From NCBI GenBank assembly GCA_027923505.1, contig BROI01000013.1:372001-436000 (forward strand): DNA of 64,000 nt. The letters are read 5' to 3'. Position 1 is the first letter of the stretch; each line of letters starts with the position of its first letter. A program made the translations under genes and the position numbers. A model generated the notes under the pieces. That model was not told the origin of the DNA, searched no databases, and saw nothing but the letters and a program-made list of their open reading frames with translations. Source of the stretch: Mayamaea pseudoterrestris (taxonomy: Eukaryota). Of this stretch, positions 23,290 to 33,577 are shown one piece after another.

Positions 23290-26200
23290 GCATACATGAA
23301 GATCGTGCCAACATCATTTATCAGGCTGTGCTACACGAGGGCATGCCTGGCTGGTGACTCAGTAGACTGCAATGTGATTGGTGACAACTTGTCACCAATC
23401 TCAGCCAGCAGATGCCTTCATTTTCAAACACCCCTACAGCAAGCCCTGTAGGTGCCCAATTTACACCAGAATGGTGCCAACAACCTTATATCAGGTGCGC
23501 TACAAGATGGATTGACTGGCTGGTATCTCAGGGGATGGCAATGTATTTGGTGACAACTTGTCACCAATCTCAGCCAGCAGATGCCATCATTTTCAAATGC
23601 CCCTACAGCAAGCCCTGTAGGTGCCCAAAATACACCAGAATGGTGCCAACATCATTATTCAGGCTGCGCTACAAGATGATAGGCTTGGCTGGTGTCTCAG
23701 GGGATGGCAATGTATTTGGTGACAACCTGTCACCAGTCTCAGCCTGCAGATGCCGTGACATTCAAACGCCCCTACAGCAAGCCCTGTAGGTGCGTAAAAT
23801 ACACCAGAATGGTGCCACCATCCTTATTCCGGTTGCGCTACAAGATGATAGGCTTGGCTGATGTGTCAGGGGATGGCAATGTATTTGGTGACAACCTGTC
23901 ACCAGTCTCAGCCTGCAGATGCCGTGACATTCAAATGCCCCTACAGCAAGCCCTGTAGGTGCCCAAAATACACCAGAATGGTGCCAACATCATAATTTAA
24001 GGTGCGCTACAAGATGGATTGACTGGCTGGTGTCTCAGGGGATGGCAATGTATTTGGCGACAACTTGTCACCAGTCTCAGCCCGCAGATGCCGTCACATT
24101 CAAACGCCCCTACAGCAAGCCCTGTAGGTGCCCAACATACACCAGGATAGTGCCAACATCCTTATTCAGGCTGCGCTACAAAATGGTAGTCTTGGCTGGT
24201 GTCTCAGGGGATGGCAATGTATTTGGTGACAACTTGTCACCAATCTCAGCCCGCAGATGCCATGAAATTCAAACGCCCCTACAACAAGCCCTGTAGGTGC
24301 TCAAAATACACCAGAATAGTGCCAACCTCATTATTCAGGCAGCGCTACAAGATGGTAGGCTTGGCTGGTGTCTCAGGGGATGGCAATGTATTTGGTGACA
24401 ACTTGTCACCAGTCTCAGCCAGCAGATGCCGTCATTTTCAAATGCCCATACCTTGAGCCCTGTAGGTGTCCACATTACACCAGAATGGTGCCAACATCAT
24501 TATTCAGGCTGCGCTACATGATGGTAGGCTTGGATGGTGTCTCAGGGGATGGCAATGTATTTGGTGACAACTTGTCACCAGTCTCAGCCCGCAGATGCCG
24601 TGACATTCAAACGCCCCTACAGCAAGCCCTGTAGGTGCCTAAAATACACCAGAATGGTGCCACCATCCTTATTCCGGTTGCGCTACAAGATGATAGGCTT
24701 GGCTGGTGTGTCAGGGGATGGCAATGTATTTGGCGACAACTTGTCACCAGTCTCAGCCCGCAGATGCCGTGACCTTCAAACACCCCTACAGCAAGCCCTG
24801 TAGGTGCCCAATTTACACCAGAATGGTGCCAACAACCTTATATCAGGTGCGCTACAAGATGGTAGGCTTGGATGGTGTGTCAGGGGATGGCAATGTATTT
24901 GGTGACAACTTGTCACCAGTCTCAGCCCGCAGATGCCGTGACATTCAAACACCCCTACAGCAAGCCCTGTAGGTGCCCAATTTACACCAGAATGGTGCCA
25001 TATCATTATTCAGGCTGCGCTACAAGATGATAGGCTTGGATGGTGTCTCAGGGGATGGCAATGTATTTGGTGACAACTTGTCACCAGTCTCATCATGCAG
25101 ATGCCATGACATTCAAACGCCCCTACAGCAAGCCCTGTAGGTGCCTAAAATACACCAGAATGGTGCCAACCTCATTATTCAGGCTGCGCTACAAGATGAT
25201 AGGCTTGGATGGTGTCTCAGAGGATGGCAATGTATTTAGTGACAACTTGTCACCAATCTCAGCCCGCAGATGCCATGACATTCAAATGGCCCTACAGCAA
25301 GCCCTGTAGGTGCCCAGATTACATCAAAATGGTGCCAACACCATTTTCTAGGCTGGGATACAAGATGGTAGGCCCAGCTGGTGTCTCAGGGGATGGCAAT
25401 GTATTTGGTGACAACTTGTCACCAATCTCAGCCCGAAGATGCAATGACATTCAAATGGCCCTACAGCAAGCCCTGTAGGTGCCCAAAATACACCAGAATG
25501 GTGCCAACATCATTATTCAGGCTGCGCTACAAGATGATAGGCTTGGATGGTGTCTCAGGGGATGGCAATGTATTTGGTGACAACTTGTCACCAGTCTCAT
25601 CCCGCAGATGCCATGACATTCAAACGCCCCTACAGCAAGCCCTGTAGGTGCTCAAAATACACCAGAATAGTGCCAACCTCATTATTCAGGCAGCGCTACA
25701 AGATGGTAGGCTTGGCTGGTGTCTCAGGGGATGGCAATGTATTTGGTGACAACTTGTCACCAGTCTCAGCCAGCAGATGCCGTCATTTTCAAATGCCCAT
25801 ACCTTGAGCCCTGTAGGTGTCCACATTACACCTGAATGGTGCCAACATCATTATTCAGGCTGCGCTACATGATGGTAGGCTTGGATGGTGTCTCAGGGGA
25901 TGGCAATGTATTTGGTGACAACTTGTCACCAGTCTCAGCCCGCAGATGCCGTGACATTCAAACGCCCCTACAGCAAGCCCTGTAGGTGCCTAAAATACAC
26001 CAGAATGGTGCCACCATCCTTATTCCGGTAGCGCTACAAGATGATAGGCTTGGCTGGTGTGTCAGGGGATGGCAATGTATTTGGTGACAACTTGTCACCA
26101 GTCTCAGCCCGCAGATGCCGTGACATTCAAACACCCCTACAGCAAGCCCTGTAGGTGCCCAATTTACACCAGAATGGTGCCAACAACCTTAAATCAGGTG

Positions 26201-29200
26201 CGCTACAAGATGGATTGACTGGCTGGTATCTCAGGGGATGGCAATGTATTTGGTGACAACTTGTCACCAATCTCAGCCAGCAGATGCCATCATTTTCAAA
26301 TGCCCCTACAGCAAGCCCTGTAGGTGCCCAAAATACACCAGAATGGTGCCAACTCATTATTCAGGCCGCGCTACAAGATGATAGGCTTGGATGGTGTCTC
26401 ATGGGATGGCAATGTATTTGGTGACAACTTGTCACCAGTCTCATCCCGCAGATGCCGTGACATTCAAACGCCCCTACAGCAAGCCCTGTAGGTGCTCAAA
26501 ATACACCAGAATAGTGCCAACCTCATTATTCAGGCTGCGCTACATGATGGTAGGCTTGGATGGTGTCTCAGAGGATGGCAATGTATTTGGTGACAACTTG
26601 TCACCAATCTCAGCCCTCAGATGCCATGACATTCAAATGGCCCTACAGCAAGCCCTGTAGGTGCCCAGATTACATCAAAATGGTGCCAACACCATTTTCT
26701 AGGCTGGGATACAAGATGGTAGGCCCGGCTGGTGTCTCAGGGGATGGCAATGTATTTGGTGACAACTTGTCACCAATCTCAGCCCGAAGATGCAATGACA
26801 TTCAAACGGCCCTACAGCAAGCCCTGTAGATGTCCAAATTACACCAGAATGGTGCCAACATCATTATTCAGGCTGCTCTACAAGATGGTAGGCTCGGCTG
26901 GTGTCTCAGGGGATGGCAATGTATTTGGTGACAACTTGTCACCTATCTCAGCACGCCGAGGCCATGACATTCAAATGCCCCTACAGCAAGCCTTGTAGGT
27001 GTCCACATTACACCAGAATGGTGCCAACATCATTATTCAGGCTGCGCTACAAGATGGTAGGCTTGGCTGGTGTCTCAGGGGATGGCAATGTATTTGGTGA
27101 CAACTTGTCACCAGTCTCAGCCCGCAGATGCCGTGACATTCAAACGCCCCTACAGCAAGCCCTGTAGGTGCCTAAAATACACCAGAATGGTGCCACCATC
27201 CTTATTCCGGTTGCGCTACAAGATGATAGGCTTGGCTGGTGTGTCAGGGGATGGCAATGTATTTGGTGACAACTTGTCACCAGTCTCAGCCCGCAGATGC
27301 CGTGACCTTCAAACACCCCTACAGCAAGCCCTGTAGGTGCCCAAAATACACCAGAATAGTGCCAACAACCTTATATCAGGTGCGCTACAAGATGGTAGGC
27401 TTGGCTGGTGTCTCAGGGGATGGCAATGTATTTGGTGACAACTTGTCACCAGTCTCAGCCCGCAGATGCCATCATTTTCAAATGCCCCTACAGCAAGCCC
27501 TGTAGGTGCCCAAAATACACCAGAATAGTGCCAACCTCATTATTCAGGCTGCGCTACATGATGGTAGGCTTGGATGGTGTCTCAGAGGATGGCAATGTAT
27601 TTGGTGACAACTTGTCACCAGTCTCAGCCCGCAGATGCCGTGACATTCAAACACCCCTACAGCAAGCCCTGTAGGTGCCCAATTTACACCAGAATGGTGC
27701 CAACAACCTTATATCAGGTGCGCTACAAGATGGATTGACTGGCTGGTATCTCAGGGGATGGCAATGTATTTGGTGACAACTTGTCACCAATCTCAGCCAG
27801 CAGATGCCATCATTTTCAAATGGCCCTACAGCAAGCCCTGTAGGTGCCCAAAATACACCAGAATGGTGCCAGCATCATTATTCAGGCTGCGCTACAAGAT
27901 GATAGGCTTGGATGGTGTCTCAGGGGATGGCAATGTATTTGGTGACAACCTTTCACCAGTCTCAGCCTGCAGATGCCGTGACATTCAAACGCCCCTACAG
28001 CAAGCCCTGTAGGTGCCCAAAATACACCAGAATAGTGCCAACATCATTATTCAGGCTGCGCTACAAGATGGTTGGCTTGGCTGGTGTCTCAGGGGATGGC
28101 AATGTATTTGGTGACAACTTGTCACCAGTCTCAGCCCGCAGATGCCGTCACATTCAAACGCCCCTACAGCAAGCCCTGTAGGTGCCCAAAATACACCAGA
28201 ATGGTGCCAACATCCTTATTCAAGCTGCGCTACAAGATGATAGGCTTAGATGGTGTCTCAGGGGATGGCAATGTATTTGGTGACAACCTGTCACCAGTCT
28301 CAGCCTGCAGATGCCGTGACATTCAAACGCCCCTACAGCAAGCCCTGTAGGTGCCCAAAATACACCAGAATGGTGCCAACATCATAATTTAAGCTGCGCT
28401 ACAAGATGGTAGGCTTGGCTGGTGTCTCAGGGGATGGCAATGTATTTGGCGACAACTTGTCACCAGTCTCAGCCCGCAGATGCCGTCACATTCAAACGCC
28501 CCTACAGCAAGCCCTGTAGGTGCCCAACATACACCAGGATAGTGCCAACATCCTTATTCAGGCTGCGCTACAAAATGGTAGTCTTGGCTGGTGTCTCAGG
28601 GGATGGCAATGTATTTGGTGACAACTTGTCACCAGTCTCAGCCTGCAGATGCCGTCACATTCAAACGCCCCTACAGCAAGCCCTGTAGGTGCCCAAAATA
28701 CACCAGAATGGTGCCAGCATCATTATTTAGGCTGCGCTACAAGATGATAGGCTTAGATGGTGTCTCAGGGGATGGCAATGTATTTGGTGACAACCTGTCA
28801 CCAGTCTCAGCCTGCAGATGCCGTGACATTCAAATGCCCCTGCAGCAAGCCCTGTAGGTGCCCAAAATACACCAGAATAGTGCCAACATCATGATTCAAA
28901 CTGCGCTACAAGATGGTTGGCTTGGCTGGTGTCTCAGGGGATGGCAATGTATTTGGTGACAACTTGTCACCAGTCTCAGCCCGCAGATGCCGTCACATTC
29001 AAACGCCCCTACAGCAAGCCCTGTAGGTGCCCAAAATACACCAGAATGGTGCCAACATCCTTATTCAGGCTGCGCTACAAGATGATAGGCTTAGATGGTG
29101 TCTCAGGGGATGGCAATGTATTTGGTGACAACCTGTCACCAGTCTCAGCCTGCAGATGCCGTGACATTCAAACGCCCCTACAGCAAGCCCTGTAGGTGCC

Positions 29201-30700
29201 CTAAATACCCCAGAATGGTGCCAACATCATTATTCAGGCTGCGCTACAAGATGGTAGGCTTGGATGGTGTCTCAGGGGATGGCTATGTATTTGGTGACAA
29301 CTGGTCACCAGTCTCAGCCCGCAGATGCCATGACATTCAAACGCCCCTACAGCAAGCCCTGTAGGTGCCCAAAATACACCAGAATGTAGCCAACATCATT
29401 ATGCAGGCTGCGCTACAAGATGGTAGGCTTGGATGGTGTCTCAGGGGATAGCAATGTATTTGGCGACAACTTGTCACCAGTCTCAGCCTGCAGATGCCGT
29501 GACATTCAAACGCCCCTACAGCAAGCCCTGTAGGTGCCCAAAATACACCAGGATAGTGCCAACATCCTTATTCAGGCTGCGCTACAAAATGGTAGTCTTG
29601 GCTGGTGTCTCAGGGGATGGCAATGTATTTGGTGACAACTTGTCACCAATCTCAGCCAGCAGATGCCATCATTTTCAAATGCCCCTACAGCAAGCCCTGT
29701 AGGTGCCCAAAATACCCCAGAATGGTGCCAACATCCTTATTCAGGCGGCTACAAGATGGTAGGCTTGGATGGTGTCTCAGGGGATGGCTATGTATTTGGT
29801 GACAACTGGTCACCAGTCTCAGCCCGCAGATGCCATGACATTCAAACGCCCCTACAGCAAGCCCTGTAGGTGCCCAAAATACACCAGAATGTAGCCAACA
29901 TCATTATGCAGGCTGCGCTACAAGATGGTGGGCTTGGCTGGTGTCTCAGGGGATGGCAATGCATTTGGTGACAACTTGTCACCAGTCTCAGCCCGCAGAT
30001 GCCGTCACATTCAAACGCCCCTACAGCAAGCCCTGTAGGTGCCCAACATACACCAGGATAGTGCCAACATCCTTATTCAGGCTGCGCTACAAAATGGTAG
30101 TCTTGGCTGGTGTCTCACGGGATGGCAGTGTATTTGGTGACAACTTGTCACCAGTCTCAGCCCGCAGATGCCGTGACATTCAAATGCCCCTACAGCAAGC
30201 CCTGTAGGTGCCCAACATACACCAGAATGGTGCCAACATCATTATTCAGGCTGCGCTACAAGATGGTAGGCTTGGCTGGTGTCTCAGGGGATGGCAATGT
30301 ATTTGGTGACATCTTGTCACCAGCCTCAGCCCGCAGATGCCGTCACATTCAAACGCCCCTACAGCAAGCCCTGTAGGTGCCCAAAATACACCAGAATGGT
30401 GCCAACATCCTTATTCAGGCTGCGTTACAAGATGGTAGTCTTGGCTGGTGTCTCAGGGATGGCAATGTATTTGGTGACAAATTGTCACTAGTCTCAGCCT
30501 GCAGATGCCGTGACTTTCAACTGCCCATTCTTATAGCCAGGTCCAACCGCCCATTCATGACCAGTATACACCAGCATGGTGGCATCATCCTTATGTAGGC
30601 TACTGTACAAGATGGAATGCCTGGCTGGTGCCTCAAAAGGCACCTTTTTGCTATCGGTGAGAATAGTTTACCAGTCCCAGCCAGCGGCCCAATGTCAGAG
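23290..30700. repeat. 169-bp satellite array (~43 intact monomers plus degenerate edge copies)
   Basis: The anchor GGTGACAACTTGTCACC recurs from 23380 to 30473 (42 intervals of ~169 bp). The edge monomers are diverged. The ORF track shows 169-bp periodicity. Confidence 0.98.
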
Positions 30701-30921
30701 CCATAGCCATGACATAGACAACAGGATTTAAGCAAATTGCTAGAGCACTAAGTTCACTTTTTAAGCGTTGATATCTATGCAAACACACATTTTGATTAAG
30801 ACACAGCACTTTTGTCCACCTCACAAAACCATATTTAGGCAAGTATGTGTGCCATACTAGAGTGGAAATGGTGCAGCTGCACTTTCACTTCATTTGCGTT
30901 TACTTCTATCTATTATGAACT

Positions 30922-31932
30922 CTACAGGTGGGCATTAGTATAGCCACTATCATGTTCTATTGCGCTGGAGAGGATGAGATCAAATGTGATCTCCTTATTC
31001 AACATTATGAGGTCACCTGCACTGTGAGTCGGAAGAGCCCATATCTTATCAATGACTGCAAAAGACGCAGCATCTTGTATTTCACCCCACACTGTGCCAA
31101 GAATGTATTTGTGAGCATGCTGCTGGGGATGCAACCCATGTACTCACACATTTGTTACACAAGTACTTACCAGTATGCTGAGTACCCCACCAATCAGCTT
31201 TTCTCTTGTAATTGTCAATAAAAAAGTCTGGTCCTGTATCTCCGGCAGCCCAAGCGACCATGCCCCGTGTCATTTCCTGCGATGCATTAAACAATAAAGG
31301 ACACAACGTCAAATCGAATTACGCAACGACGTTGACATTCACTCCGCAAACTGACTTACAGGTCCATGGCAAGCGCAGCTCTTGTCCCATTCAGGGCAAT
31401 TGTTCTTGACATGCTCATAGCCAGGCGGACATAGTCCCTTAACTTTGCTGACTGGAACCTTCTGGCGGTTGGCGATAATGCCTTGCAGAATGCCTGGTTT
31501 CTCGGCCCGATAAAGCTTGCAATTGGCGCAACCGACTGAAAACAAGTTCAGTATATATTGGACCGACTCTGGACTCAAATCGGGCCGAAGAGTGATGGTT
31601 ATATCGCCGATTTCTGTCGCGAGTATCAGCAGCTGCTTTGAAGAATCAACAGTGTCATGCTCTTCACTTCGCGCCAAGGGAGCACTTGGATTTACTCCAG
31701 CTTCAGCCTGCTTTCGATGTATTGCCTTTACTTCTACACCTCGGAGTTTTTGTGCTGCTGTTAGCTTGTCGACAATGGGTTTCGCTTTATCGCGGACCGA
31801 TCGGACAAAGCCAATCCACAAGCCGATGCTAATTGATCCAGCCACGACGAAAACGATGCTGAGAATGGTCTTCAAGGACGAGCCTGTTCTAGCTTTAGTT
31901 CGCGTGAGCGTCCTTTGGTTCTGCTTTTGCAT
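30922..31932 (-). CDS. Type II membrane cyclophilin-like (PPIase-fold) protein; exons 31360..31932, 31171..31276, 30922..31091
   Basis: TM segment, then LATEIGDITITLRPDLSPESV..LYRAE..GMVAWAAGDTGPDFFI..HTVWGEI after splicing two GTAAGT..CAG introns. Confidence 0.8.
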
Positions 31933-32196
31933 GCTAGAATGGCTCAAGAGTCATACTATGAAAACATCCAAAGTCTCCGGAGGTGTGATGCTCGTCGGCT
32001 CATGGTGACATTGTCGCGAAAGGCGCGCGGGCGCGGGCGATTTGCGTCATACGGGACAACCTCTCATTCACGAGGTTCGGGCGAAAGAACAATCAAATCG
32101 ACAGCCATGATGACAGCCGAAAGAATCGTTTCGTGTCAGCAGCAACTTTTTATCCACTCCCACTCTCTCCTCCAAGGGTTTTATAACTGCTCAATC

Positions 32197-33486
32197 ATGC
32201 TTAATGTCCGTCAGATACGCTTGCCTCGTTTGACATCAGCGTCTATCGCTAGATTCTACTCGAAACCGACGAAAGTCGTCAGCAGCGAACAAGGCTTAGA
32301 TTCTTCTGACACTATCACCAGTCTCCAGCACGCTCCACTCACTTCGTTTACCGAGGACGAACTATTGACGCGCGACTCTGTTCGCTGCTGGGCTCGGCAG
32401 GAGCTGCTTCCTGTCGTTCGCAAAATGGACGACCAAGGTTTTTATGATCCCTCCATTCTGCAATCACTCTTTGACCAAGGATTCATGGGGCTTGAAATTG
32501 ATTCTGACTTTCATGGAAGTGGCTTGAGCTTTACATCTGCGTGTTTGGTGGTGGAGGAGATTTCTCGCATCGATCCCAGTGTGGCTATTTTGGTGGATAT
32601 TCACAATACGCTGACAAACAATGCAGTACGATTTTGGGGATCAGACTTTTTACAGGAATTTTGGCTACCGAAATTAGCAACAAGTACAATCAGCAGCTTT
32701 TGTTTGAGTGAAGCGGAAAGCGGAAGTGACGCCTTTGCCATGCAAACGACGGCCACGCAAAGTAGCGATGGAAGCTACTTTTCGCTCAATGGTACCAAGC
32801 TTTGGATCTCCAACGCGCGCGAAGCTGGAGTCTTTTTGGTGTTTGCCAATGCCGACATGAGCAAGGGATACAAGGGCATTACTGCTTTCATGGTGGATGC
32901 AAAAAGTCAAGGTATATCGGTGGGAAAGCCAGAGAATAAGCTTGGACTCAAGGCGTCGTCGACATGTCCAGTCACGTTTGACGATGTCAAGGTTGATGCA
33001 GCTCATGTACTGGGCAAAGTTGGCCAAGGATACAAGTACTGTATCAATATACTCAACGAAGGCCGCATTGGCATTGCATCGCAACAGATCGGAATCGCAA
33101 AGGGCTGTTTTGACGTTGTCATGCCGTACATGCGTGAGCGAAAACAGTTTGGAACGGCCATTGGAGACTTTCAAGGCATGGAACATCAATACGCACAGAT
33201 TGCTACTGAAATACACGCGGCAGAACTCATGACATACAACGCTTGTCGACTAAAAGAAGCTGGTCTCCCTTTTATTAAGGAGGCGAGTATGGCCAAGTAC
33301 TACTCAAGTCAAGTTGCTGAAAGGACTGCCAGCAAGACAATCGAATGGCTAGGTGGCATTGGATTTACTAAGGACTTGCTAGCAGAAAAGTTTTACCGAG
33401 ATTGCAAGGTTGGAAGCATTTACGAAGGCACGTCGAACATTCAACTACAAACGATTGCCAAGCTGATCAAGGCGGAGTATAAGTAA
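32197..33486 (+). CDS. ACADSB: Short/branched-chain acyl-CoA dehydrogenase, mitochondrial
   Basis: FCLSEAESGSDA, NGTKLWISN, KLGLKASSTC, ERKQFG, IYEGTSNIQ; Arg-rich presequence. Confidence 0.9.
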   Translation: MLNVRQIRLPRLTSASIARFYSKPTKVVSSEQGLDSSDTITSLQHAPLTSFTEDELLTRDSVRCWARQELLPVVRKMDDQGFYDPSILQSLFDQGFMGLEIDSDFHGSGLSFTSACLVVEEISRIDPSVAILVDIHNTLTNNAVRFWGSDFLQEFWLPKLATSTISSFCLSEAESGSDAFAMQTTATQSSDGSYFSLNGTKLWISNAREAGVFLVFANADMSKGYKGITAFMVDAKSQGISVGKPENKLGLKASSTCPVTFDDVKVDAAHVLGKVGQGYKYCINILNEGRIGIASQQIGIAKGCFDVVMPYMRERKQFGTAIGDFQGMEHQYAQIATEIHAAELMTYNACRLKEAGLPFIKEASMAKYYSSQVAERTASKTIEWLGGIGFTKDLLAEKFYRDCKVGSIYEGTSNIQLQTIAKLIKAEYK

Positions 33487-33577
33487 TTGCCGCTCATCTC
33501 AGCACAGGCAGGACATCACTGCACATACATAGATGATTATAATATAGACTGTTGCTATTTTCGGAAAATAAATTACC

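Noticed and set aside
23412..30598. Dozens of ~88-aa ORFs (MSQGMAMYLVTT...) as a peptide gene array
   Set aside because: They are by-products of a 169-bp (non-3n) repeat: they overlap each other, mostly start at GTG, and all frames hit periodic stops.
23290..30700. CRISPR array
   Set aside because: The whole monomer repeats, there are no unique spacers or cas genes, and the context is eukaryotic.
23290..30700. Hammerhead retrozyme or TPP riboswitch in the monomer (CTGAGA twice on the minus strand)
   Set aside because: There is no CUGANGA plus GAAA core on either strand, and the TPP P2 pairing and P4/P5 (CUGAU..UAAU..CG) elements are missing.
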